Assembly (NCBI GenBank): GCA_965230925.1
Contig: OZ246403.1
Coordinates: 530,230 to 594,229, forward strand
Direction of reading: 5' to 3'
DNA length: 64,000 nt
Source of the DNA: an uncultured Candidatus Saccharibacteria bacterium
GTDB taxonomy: Bacteria > Patescibacteriota > Minisyncoccia > Phycocordibacterales > JACOZG01
Under the pieces are notes generated by a model. It was not told the origin of the DNA, did not search any database, and was given only the letters and a program-made list of their open reading frames with translations. The position numbers were made by a program, and so were the translations under genes. Positions 26,468 to 36,200 of this stretch are shown here, one piece after another; positions within the stretch are counted from its first letter, which is position 1, and the number at the start of each line of letters is the position of its first letter.

Positions 26468-27472
26468 ATGAACTTTTGGCTTTTAATTTTGAGTCTTTTT
26501 GCGACGCCGAGCGCGGGTGTGGCGCTCAATTGGCAAACTGTTTCGACCCCGAGTCCTTGGACGGCGCGGGATGCTCAGGAGGTTTTTATTTGGGATGATC
26601 GTCTTTGGCTCACAGGTGGTCTTACTGGTGTTTGGGACAAGGCGCACAACCAGGTGAATTATTGGGACATGCCGCACTGGAATGATTTGTGGTCGAGTAA
26701 GGATGGCGAGATGTGGCAACGCGAGGCTGAACATCTTTCTTTCCCGCCCCGGCGATCACTTTCTGTTGTTTCGTTCAAAGACAAGCTTTGGATGCTCGGT
26801 GGTTGGAGTTCGCTCGATGGTTACAAGAGCGATGTTTGGACTTCGACAAATGGAAAAGACTGGCAGTGGCTTGTTTCTGCGGCACCGTGGAAGGCTCGTG
26901 AAGGGCAAACGCTGACGGTTTTTAATAATGAATTATGGTTACTTGGTGGAGTAAATTTTGATACCCGAGAAGTTTTTCATGACATTTGGTCGAGCGTTGA
27001 TGGCTTCACTTGGCAGTGGCGCGGGCAAGCTCCATGGTCTGGGCGTTATGATCATGCGGTTGAGGTTTTTGATAATCGTCTCTGGCTCACTGGTGGTTTG
27101 GATACGAGCGGCGAAGGTAAGAGCGATACTTGGGCTTCGGTTGATGGTCTAAGCTGGACGCTTGTTGACGCCAATGCTCTCTGGGGTAAACGGCATGGTC
27201 ATGAATTACTAGCGATCAAAGATCGCCTATGGCTTGTGAGTGGCTGGAACACCACCGCCGATCATGGGAGCGCGGAGGTTTGGTTGTCTAAAGACGGAGT
27301 GTTTTGGGAGAAAACGGCTGACACGCCAAAGTGGCTTGGTCGAGAAGATCATGCGATCATATTTTTCCGCGACAAACTCTGGCTCATGGGCGGCATGGCC
27401 GACGGCTTTGTTTGGCGTAATGATATTTGGTCAACCGCCGTGCCAGAGATCGAAATTGAGACTAACCCTTAA
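26468..27472 (+). CDS. Secreted Kelch-like / galactose-oxidase-type beta-propeller protein
   Basis: Signal peptide; ~6 repeats of W..R..H....F..LWL.GG...ND.W.S.DG..W. Confidence 0.85.
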   Translation: MNFWLLILSLFATPSAGVALNWQTVSTPSPWTARDAQEVFIWDDRLWLTGGLTGVWDKAHNQVNYWDMPHWNDLWSSKDGEMWQREAEHLSFPPRRSLSVVSFKDKLWMLGGWSSLDGYKSDVWTSTNGKDWQWLVSAAPWKAREGQTLTVFNNELWLLGGVNFDTREVFHDIWSSVDGFTWQWRGQAPWSGRYDHAVEVFDNRLWLTGGLDTSGEGKSDTWASVDGLSWTLVDANALWGKRHGHELLAIKDRLWLVSGWNTTADHGSAEVWLSKDGVFWEKTADTPKWLGREDHAIIFFRDKLWLMGGMADGFVWRNDIWSTAVPEIEIETNP

Positions 27473-27950
27473 TTTCAGGTAAGCTCTGAGTGGAGAGAAA
27501 ACGGATGGCAATTTCTCGGCCCGAGTTATCGCGTAGCGCTACGTCTACGGCAGGATCAAAGACCTTGTCACCGTTGTCGCTTAAGAGGAGAGCGTAATAA
27601 TATTTTCCTTCTTCGGTGAGTTCGAGTAAGTTTACTACGCCGGTGGTATCGGTGCCGGCGCTAAAGTATTGCGTGCCAATTGTTTTGCCGGGTGTTGCCC
27701 CTTCTTCGTCCGTAATAATTACCCAACCGCCAGCTGACGTGGTGACGGAAGAGACATACACAATCGCGCCGGGGAATTGATCGTTTACCATGAGGCTATT
27801 ATTGCGATTGGCTTGATTTGTCGGAATGCCGCCGACAGCCGCGGTATTACCATTGTTTTCTGGCGCACCTTTAAAGACCCAGAAGGAAATACCAAGGGCG
27901 ATAACCACTAATACAACAACAGTAACAACGAAATTTTTTGAGTTTTCCAT
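27462..27950 (-). CDS. Membrane-anchored hypothetical protein with beta-rich exterior domain
   Basis: N-terminal TM; DQFPG..GGWVII..PG..IG..YYA.L..DNGD..FD pattern; -10 box 7 nt upstream. Confidence 0.75.
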   Translation of the reverse strand: MENSKNFVVTVVVLVVIALGISFWVFKGAPENNGNTAAVGGIPTNQANRNNSLMVNDQFPGAIVYVSSVTTSAGGWVIITDEEGATPGKTIGTQYFSAGTDTTGVVNLLELTEEGKYYYALLLSDNGDKVFDPAVDVALRDNSGREIAIRFLSTQSLPEIKG

Positions 27951-28009
27951 GACCCTGATTGTACCACTCGCGGCTCATTTGGCAACCGTGATTCTGGTAT
28001 ACTTTTGCC

Positions 28010-29149
28010 ATGCGTTTAGTCATCGATCAAAGTGGTATAGCCGAAGCAAGATTGCAATCTACGGTAACAAGTTTGTATGAGTCATTACCGCAACTCGCTG
28101 AAGAACCGTTTTTCAAATTACCGAACGACGTTCAAGTTCTAGAACAGGTGCAAAAATTAGTGAAGGAGAAAATCACGCCCCATCTCAAATATATTATTCT
28201 CGTCGGCATTGGTGGCTCGAGTGAGGGTGCACAAGCGATTTATGAAGCCTTGGGTGTGGGCGGTAAGAAAAAAATAATTTTTCTCGAAGGCTTGGAACCC
28301 AATTTGCCGAGCACTTTGGCCGATTTGTTTTCACAGATTAAGCATCCGGAAGAAATTTTGGTAACAGTCATTAGTTTCAGTGGCACTACTGTTGAAACGC
28401 GACTTAATGCTGAGCTGGTGACAGCCGAGCTTGCCAAACGCTGGCCCAAAAATTACGAGGAACGCATAGTTCATGTTTCGCAACAAGCTGGAGCGGATCT
28501 CATGGTCCCACCCGGCATTGGTGGTCGTTACTCCCTTTTTGCCCACGATGTTCTCTTTCCGCTCGCCGCGGCCGGTATTGATATTGCCGCCCTGCGCGCT
28601 GGCGCCGCCGAGATTAGCGAGTGGCTCTTGGCACCGGACCTCTCGAACCCGGCTATTCTTCTCGCCGCGCTCGATTACCTCGCGCTGGAGGATGGTCGCG
28701 GCCTGCTCGTGGATTGGTTTGACCGGCCGAGCCTCGAGAGCCTCGGCAAGTGGGGGCGGCAACTCGTGGCCGAGAGTTTGGGTAAAGATGGCGATGGTCC
28801 CACGCCGCTTCTCGCCGTGGCCGAGAATGATCGCCACTCTCTTCTCCAGCTCGATCTCGGTGGGCCGGATAATAAATTTTTTCACTTCATTTCGACCGAT
28901 CGCGACACGGGGAATGAAAAAATAATCAAAGTAAAGCGCGCTATCAACGAGGCTGTGCTCCAGAGTTATCGCCGCGCGCGGCGGCCCTACCTCGAGCTCA
29001 TCTTGCCCGATCTCTCGCCGCGCTCCTTGGGCGCCTACTGCCAACTCCGCTTCGCCGCCACCGTGCTCTTTGCCCATCTCCTCGACGTGAACCCCTTCAA
29101 CCAGCCCGACGTGGAGGGGTATAAGAATTCACTGAAAGGTTTGCTATAA
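28010..29149 (+). CDS. pgi: Glucose-6-phosphate isomerase (short form)
   Basis: GIGGSSEG, SFSGTTVET, IGGRYS, QLVAESLGK, NPFNQPDVEGYK. Confidence 0.9.
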   Translation: MRLVIDQSGIAEARLQSTVTSLYESLPQLAEEPFFKLPNDVQVLEQVQKLVKEKITPHLKYIILVGIGGSSEGAQAIYEALGVGGKKKIIFLEGLEPNLPSTLADLFSQIKHPEEILVTVISFSGTTVETRLNAELVTAELAKRWPKNYEERIVHVSQQAGADLMVPPGIGGRYSLFAHDVLFPLAAAGIDIAALRAGAAEISEWLLAPDLSNPAILLAALDYLALEDGRGLLVDWFDRPSLESLGKWGRQLVAESLGKDGDGPTPLLAVAENDRHSLLQLDLGGPDNKFFHFISTDRDTGNEKIIKVKRAINEAVLQSYRRARRPYLELILPDLSPRSLGAYCQLRFAATVLFAHLLDVNPFNQPDVEGYKNSLKGLL

Positions 29150-29156
29150 TCCGACC

Positions 29157-29969
29157 ATGGCCTATCTTTTATTCGACATCGGTGGGACGAAAACGCGGTT
29201 GGCGCTCTCGGAAGACGGCAAGACATTTGGCGTGCCGGAGATTTTTGCGACGCCGAAGAACTTTGATGAAGGGATGCGGATGATTGAGGAGCGGGCGAGG
29301 ACCTTGGCGGAAGGGCAGGAGCTGGAGCGAGCCGCGGGCGGTATTTCTGGCACACTTAATCCCGATAAGACCACGCTCACTCACGCTACTCACTTGCCTG
29401 AATGGGTTAATGAGCCGCTCTTAGAACGTTTGCAAATTGCGCTCGACACCACGGTGACACTGGAGAATGATACAGCGGTGGTTGGTTTGGGCGAGGCGAT
29501 GGCTGGTGCGGGACGAGGGTTTGGCGTGGTGGTCTATCTCACGGTGAGCACGGGTGTTGGCGGAGTTAAAATTGAGCGGGGGAAGATTGATAGCCACACT
29601 TTCGGTTTCGAACCTGGTTTTCAGATTATTAATGAAGCGACGGGGGAGACGCTTGAGAGTGCGATCTCGGGCACGGCAATTGCGAAGAAGTATGGCAAGG
29701 CGCCGCGAGAGATCACGGACCAGGCCGTGTGGGATGAATGCGCGCGGATTCTCGCCGTGGGTGTGCACAACGCGATTCTTCATTGGTCGCCGGAGGTGGT
29801 GGTGATTGGTGGCAGTATGATGAAGGCGCCAGCGGGGATTAATGTGGCGGCAGTGACTGAACACTTGGCTAAATTACCTAATCCTTTGCCCGTTTATCCG
29901 CCCCTCAAGGCCGCGGCGCTCGGTGATTTGGGTGGCATCCACGGCGCTCTCGCTTTGCTCTCGGAGTAA
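29157..29969 (+). CDS. ROK-family sugar kinase (glucokinase-like)
   Basis: DIGGTK, LENDT...GE, YLTVSTGVGG, LESAISG. Confidence 0.9.
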   Translation: MAYLLFDIGGTKTRLALSEDGKTFGVPEIFATPKNFDEGMRMIEERARTLAEGQELERAAGGISGTLNPDKTTLTHATHLPEWVNEPLLERLQIALDTTVTLENDTAVVGLGEAMAGAGRGFGVVVYLTVSTGVGGVKIERGKIDSHTFGFEPGFQIINEATGETLESAISGTAIAKKYGKAPREITDQAVWDECARILAVGVHNAILHWSPEVVVIGGSMMKAPAGINVAAVTEHLAKLPNPLPVYPPLKAAALGDLGGIHGALALLSE

Positions 29970-29985
29970 GGCGGTTTATACTATC
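29967..29985 (+). repeat. 19-bp promoter-containing repeat, copy 1 (copy 2 at 33270-33288)
   Basis: TAAGGCGGTTTATACTATC identical upstream of both PKD genes. Confidence 0.85.
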
Positions 29986-29988
29986 GGC

Positions 29989-32900
29989 ATGAAAATTCAT
30001 CGCCGATTTTTTGTTGCTCTTTTATTAATTACTTTATTAGTTCCCGCTGTTAGTCGCGCACAAACCTCGCTTGATTTACTCCGAAGTTTTCTCAACATTC
30101 TTCAGATGCGTCTTGCGGGGACTGGTGGTGGCATGAACGCCGCGCCACGGCCTATTGGCGACTCGGGGATCCACATGCCAGAGGATGCCACTATTTTCCA
30201 AGGAGTTCAGCCAGCTATAAGCCCTGCTCCAATTCCTAACCGTGAACCGAATGCCAATGCTGGTGCGGATCAAACCCTTGCCCCGGGTGTGACCCAAGTT
30301 ACCCTCAATGGTTCTCTGTCGAGCGACTCTGATGGTCAAATTGTTTCTTATGTTTGGCGCAAGGGAAATTTTGTAGTGGGAACGGTGATGAATCCAACCA
30401 TTTCTCTCCCGGTAGGAACGCACACTATTACCCTCACGGTCACTGACGATGACGGGGCGCGTGATACCGATAGTGTAAACATTACAATAACCCCACCTGA
30501 CCAGAATCAAGAGCCTGTTGCCAACGCTGGTCCGGATCAGGTGGCCAATACGGGGACGCTTGTTTCTTTCAACGGAGCAAACTCAATAGATCCTGATGGT
30601 ACTATTACCCAACACCATTGGGATTTCGGTGACGGTGCTAGTATGGACGGGGCGACAGCTTTTCATACATACAGTACCCCTGCTGTACATACTGCCAGGC
30701 TTACCGTTACTGATGATGATGGGGCAACTGACGATGATACTGCTCTGATCACGGTGAGTATCGCTGACCCCTGCTCCTCCAACCTTCTTCCTGCCGCAAG
30801 CGCTGGCACTGACCAAACCGTTACCGAAGGCGCTACCGTTTCTTTCACCGGCACCGGTCTCGATCTTGATGGCACTATTACGGGTTACGCTTGGAACTTC
30901 GGTGACGGCAGCACTGGAAGTGGAGTAACACCCACCCACGTTTACACCACCACCGGTGTCTACACCGCCACTCTCACTGTCACGGATAATTGTGGTGCGT
31001 CGGCGAGTGACACCAGTACAATTACCATCAATGGAGTTAATTCTTGCGTTGATAATTCCGCTCCTCTTGCTAACGCGGGGATGGATCGTGTTGTTGGTGT
31101 TGGGGAAACGATATCCTTTAGTGGTTTAGATTCTGTTGATCCAAATATGGGAGACACTATTTTGAGTTACATGTGGTCTTTTGGGGATGGTTTTGGTGGG
31201 GTGTTTGGCGCTAACCAGAATCATGTTTATGACGAACCGGGAACTTATATTGCCCACTTGGTTGTGAAGGATGAATGCCAGTTTGTTCATTCTGATTCGG
31301 TTGAAATAACGGTTTTGGGTGTTCAGAACACCCCGCCCACTATCGTTTCAGTTTCTGGTGGCCCTACAACCATTACTTGGCCAAACAATTTCACTACTTT
31401 TTCTGCGGTGGTTACTGATGACCACCCTGAAATGCTGGTTTATCAGTGGGTTAAAGAAAGTGATTCCCAAGCAGAGGCGATACTAGAGCAATATTCTTTA
31501 ACGACCCCAGTATCTTTTCCCACAAAAAATAAAATTTACAAGTATCGTCTAAAGGTAACTGATAATGGGATTAGTGGAAGTGCGCCAGTTTTGTCAGACT
31601 TGATATCAATCTTTGTAGCAAATGGTTCTGGGTCTTGTTCGAATAACCACGTTCCAAATCTTACTGCAAACCCATCGGGTAACATCGGTGCGCAGGTAAA
31701 CCAAAATATAATTTTTTCTGGTTCAGCTACGGATCAAGATTCTGGACAAACCATAACTTATAAATGGAATTTTGGTGATGGTAGTGCCGAGATTGAGCAG
31801 GCGAATACAAATCATGCGTACAACACCTCCGGTGTTTATCTGGCTTATTTAACTGCCAGAGACAGTTGTGGTTCCGTGTCGATTAAACCTTCACGCATTG
31901 ATGTTTCTTCTTTGCAGGCAGAGTATTCTGTAAGTCGTCTGCTAGAGACAGAATGGGGTCGTCTAGTTTGGTCACCGTCAATTAATTTAGGTAGCGAAAC
32001 TGTCTCTAAAAACGAGTTTCTAAAGTTCAATGGCACCCTGTCTACGGGAGGACCATTTTCTCTACTAAGTTGGTTGTTTGGTGATGGGGGATTTGAGACG
32101 GGAGAAGTGGTTTATCATCAATATGATGATGTTGGTAATTATGGTGCCGCCCTATCTGTGTTTAGTCCTACGCAACAGAATATTTCGACCAACACAAAAA
32201 CGGTAAACGTGACAAATAAGATGACCTTCCTCGACGCCATGGGTCTAGCCGACGATTCTTCCATGGACATCGTCGCTCTCGGTTCCTACGCCTACACCAC
32301 CCACTCTACTGGTCTTCTCACTACTCTAGACATTTCTAACCCCAGCAATATGCAGATTACCAGCGCGTTCTCTGCTCCTATTGGTCGAGCGATCGCCGCC
32401 GCCAACAATCATGTTTATGTTGGCGCCTCCAGTCTTGGCCTCACCACGTACACCGCTACGGCTAACCCCACCTTTGTCGGTACCTACAACACCAACACGG
32501 TCGATGGTCAAAGCGTTCGAGACTTGATGGCTGAAGGCAAAGTGGTTTTCATGGCTGCTGGTCCGGCTGGTCTCAAGATTGTGAATATGAGTGACCCGGC
32601 CAATCCCACGGTTATTGCTTCAAAACTTTTGCCCAATAATGCTACGGCTGAAGTAATTCTGATTCAAGACGGCAGAGCCTATATCGCTGATACCTCAATG
32701 CGTGTTCACATCTACGATATCTCAATGATTAATGTGAATAATCCTGTGCCAGCTAACCCGATTCTTATTTCTACTCTTTCCCCCGGCTGGAATGTACACC
32801 AACTCGCTAGGGTGGGTGACGACACATTGGTTGCCCAAGCCAATCCCGGTGGTATGCATATTTATGATATTACTAACCCCGCAAGCCCCATTTTCCTCAC

Positions 32901-33189
32901 CAATTATGATTACTCTTCTGACGCTGGCGGTTTGTCTCCCGGTGGTATTCTTGGAACGGAAGACGGCTCCCTCTACGCTACCATGGGTCAAGTGATCGGT
33001 ATCGGCACTAGTGTGGCGCGAGTGAGCCTCCACAACCCTAGCGAACCCCGGATCATGGAATGGCTATCCCTCAATTCACAGGTAGCTGGTATCAACCGCG
33101 GACCATTCTTTGCCAATGATGATGTTTATGGGCGCATTCTTCTAATGGCCAATAGCAAGTACAAGGCGGTGGCGGTGGATGTGCCGTAG
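29989..33189 (+). CDS. Large secreted PKD-repeat protein with C-terminal LVIVD-type propeller
   Basis: MKIHRR signal peptide; multiple P.A.AG.DQ / W(D/N)FGDG / H.Y...G.Y PKD domains; GLKIVNMSDPANP, IYDITNPASP repeats. Confidence 0.85.
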   Translation: MKIHRRFFVALLLITLLVPAVSRAQTSLDLLRSFLNILQMRLAGTGGGMNAAPRPIGDSGIHMPEDATIFQGVQPAISPAPIPNREPNANAGADQTLAPGVTQVTLNGSLSSDSDGQIVSYVWRKGNFVVGTVMNPTISLPVGTHTITLTVTDDDGARDTDSVNITITPPDQNQEPVANAGPDQVANTGTLVSFNGANSIDPDGTITQHHWDFGDGASMDGATAFHTYSTPAVHTARLTVTDDDGATDDDTALITVSIADPCSSNLLPAASAGTDQTVTEGATVSFTGTGLDLDGTITGYAWNFGDGSTGSGVTPTHVYTTTGVYTATLTVTDNCGASASDTSTITINGVNSCVDNSAPLANAGMDRVVGVGETISFSGLDSVDPNMGDTILSYMWSFGDGFGGVFGANQNHVYDEPGTYIAHLVVKDECQFVHSDSVEITVLGVQNTPPTIVSVSGGPTTITWPNNFTTFSAVVTDDHPEMLVYQWVKESDSQAEAILEQYSLTTPVSFPTKNKIYKYRLKVTDNGISGSAPVLSDLISIFVANGSGSCSNNHVPNLTANPSGNIGAQVNQNIIFSGSATDQDSGQTITYKWNFGDGSAEIEQANTNHAYNTSGVYLAYLTARDSCGSVSIKPSRIDVSSLQAEYSVSRLLETEWGRLVWSPSINLGSETVSKNEFLKFNGTLSTGGPFSLLSWLFGDGGFETGEVVYHQYDDVGNYGAALSVFSPTQQNISTNTKTVNVTNKMTFLDAMGLADDSSMDIVALGSYAYTTHSTGLLTTLDISNPSNMQITSAFSAPIGRAIAAANNHVYVGASSLGLTTYTATANPTFVGTYNTNTVDGQSVRDLMAEGKVVFMAAGPAGLKIVNMSDPANPTVIASKLLPNNATAEVILIQDGRAYIADTSMRVHIYDISMINVNNPVPANPILISTLSPGWNVHQLARVGDDTLVAQANPGGMHIYDITNPASPIFLTNYDYSSDAGGLSPGGILGTEDGSLYATMGQVIGIGTSVARVSLHNPSEPRIMEWLSLNSQVAGINRGPFFANDDVYGRILLMANSKYKAVAVDVP

Positions 33190-33203
33190 GAGTTAGTTGG
33201 TAA

Positions 33204-33251
33204 ATGTTGCCGACTAAGTAAATTTCTTCTCCAGTTTTGGTTATCAACAGC
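33204..33251 (+). repeat. 48-bp direct repeat, copy 1
   Basis: ATGTTGCCGACTAAGTAAATTTCTTCTCCAGTTTTGGTTATCAACAGC identical to 37628-37675. Confidence 0.9.
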
Positions 33252-33291
33252 ATTCTATACCGCTTCAAATAAGGCGGTTTATACTATCAAC

Positions 33292-36200
33292 ATGAAAATT
33301 CATCGCCGATTTTTTGTTGCTCTTTTACTAATTACTTTGTTAATTCCCACCGTCTCCCGGGCGCAGACCTCACTTGATCTTCTTCGGAGCTTTTTGAATA
33401 TTCTTCAGATGCAACTTTCTGGAGCCGGGGGCGGGATGAATGCTGCGCCACGACCACCCATCGAGCCACCCGGTTGGTTTTTGGATGAATATGATGCGAA
33501 TGTTCAGTTAGAGAATCATACTAGCTTATCACCCACACCCAACCAAGATCCTATTGCCCATGCTGGTGCGGATCAAACCCTTGCCCCGGGTGTGACCCAA
33601 GTTACCCTCAATGGTTCTTTGTCGAGTGACTCCGATGGTCAGATTGTTTCTTATGTTTGGCGCCGCGGCAGCTCGGTGGTTGGTCTTTCTGTAAACCCGA
33701 CGATTTCTTCTCTCGCTGTTGGTACCCACACCATTACGCTCACAGTTATTGACGATGATGGCGCCCGCGATACCGACAGTGTAAACATTACGATTACTGC
33801 CGCTCCTGATCCTTGTCTCAACAATCAAGCACCGACCGCTGTGCTTCAAGGACCGGCTACCGGCGAAATCAATCAAAACCTATTGTTCTCCGGGTTTCTC
33901 TCGACTGATCCTGAAACTGAACTTGGTTCACTACAATATCGCTTTACCTTTGGCGACGGTGTTGTGTCTGAATGGCAAAGTGCCACCGCAGATATTTTCC
34001 ATCATTACACTGCTGCTGGTATTTACACTGTTTCTTTGGAAGTTCGTGACTCTTGTGGGGCCATCGATGTTTCTGAACCACGACAAGTCGATATTGCTCC
34101 GAACCAAGCTCCTGTTGCCGATGCTGGCCCCGACCAGGTTGCCGATGCCGGGTCGCTAGTTTCTTTCTACGGCAACAATTCCTATGACCCTGACCTTTGG
34201 GGTGCGATTACCGAATACCACTGGGATTTTGGCGATGGTGCCAGCATGAATGGTCAAAGCGCTTTTCACGTCTACAGTACTCCCGCAATTTACACCGCTA
34301 CTCTCACCGTGACTGATGATGGTGGTGCTATTGATAATGACACTGCCCTGATCACAGTAAGCGTTTCTAATCCCTGCGCTAATAATAATCCACCCACGGC
34401 AAGTGCTGGTCTTGACCAAACGATCAATGAGGATACTTCTGTCTTTTTCGCCGGTTCTGGTACCGACACTGATGGTACCATCACTAGCTATGTTTGGGAC
34501 TTCGGTGATGGTGATACTGGAAACGGAGCAACTCCCACCCACGTTTACACTACTCCTGGATCATATTTTGCTACCCTCACGGTGACCGACAATTGTGGCG
34601 CCACCAGCTCTGATCAAGCTACTGTGACCGTTACAAGTTCAGCCCCTGCTCAAGTCCCACCTCGTGTTAATGCTGGTGTTGACCAAAGTAATCTCTCTTT
34701 CCCTACCACCGTTTCTTTGACCGGGTCAGTTGTCGGTTTCCCTGCCGGTTACAGTGTTGTGTGGACTAAAGTAGCTGGTCCCGGTACGGTTAATTTCTCA
34801 AATGGCAGCGGTCTTCAAACAAACGCCACCTTCTCAGCCGCCGGTCTCTACACCCTTAAGCTTACTGCAACCTCAGGTAGCTTAACCAGATCTGATACCG
34901 TTCAAATTGTTTTCAATCAAACAGTTTCAGTTAACGCTGGTCCTGACCGGATTCTCAATCTTTCGACCAGTAATCACCAAGGGTCCATTACCCTTGATGC
35001 TTCGGTAACAGCGAGTGACCCCGCTCCACTCTCATATTCTTGGTCTCAGGTTTCTGGACCATCTCAGCTCTCTATTACTGATAATCAAATTGCCGACATT
35101 GCCATTTCTTCTACTAAGGCCGGAACATATGTCTTGCGCTTGTTGGTGTCTGGTCCTGGTGTTATTCCGGTCCAGGACACCATGACACTCTTTGTTCGTG
35201 ACTTAGAGGCCGGAGAAACTAAAACTGTTGTTTGGCCAGCAACTGCCACTCTCTCAGGTGTTGCCACCAATTTCCCGACTGATACCACCTATCAATGGTC
35301 ACAGCAATCCGGTCCGGCAAATGGTGCCGTGTTCTCTCCCCCCAACAGCTTAAGCACCACAGTGAGTTTTCCTTCTCAACCCTCTGCGAGCGGAGACATT
35401 TACCAGTTACGTCTCACTGCTACTCCGCCAGGTGAGTCACCAATCATCGACACCGTTCAGGTTAATGTTAATCCAACCGGTAGTTTGGGTGTTAATGCCG
35501 GACCAGATCAATTAAACCTGGTATTTACTTCGCCCTCAGCTACGATCAACCTTACTGGTACAGCGGTTAATGTCCCTTCTGGTACCGCCTACAAATGGAC
35601 GAGAACCTCAGGTCCTGCTGCAGGAGTTGTGTTTTCACCTAGCGATACAGTTCTTAGTCCCACAGTGACCTTAACCCAAGCTGGGAATTACACCTTCCAA
35701 CTAAAAGCCACGCCCCCAGCTGGAGTTCAGATGATTGATTCAGTGAATATTACTTTCAATCTTAACCCTACCAATGTTCTCGCTGAAGCATCGCCTCATT
35801 ACTTAACCTGGCCTAATGATTCAACGAGCTTAAACACTCACTTCTCTGATTCTAATCCTGGGGTGGTAAATGCCGCCTGGACGCAATATTCTGGGCCAAC
35901 GGGTGGAAACACCACGTTTGCTAATGAAAATGCTTTCGATACCACGGCGACCTTCAATCAAACCGGGCAATTCGGTCTTAGGGTTGTGCTTAATGATGGG
36001 TTAGCTTTTTCACCACAAGACGAAATTTCAGTTAATGTCTATCCCGCTTGTGATGCAAACAATCAACCACCAGTAGCTTCAGGTAGTTATGATCAATGGG
36101 CGCAAGTTAATCACCCGGTACCTTTGTCTGGGTCTGCACCCATTGCCTCCAGTGACTCCGACGGTCTCATTGCTTCACATTACTGGGATTTTGGAGACGG

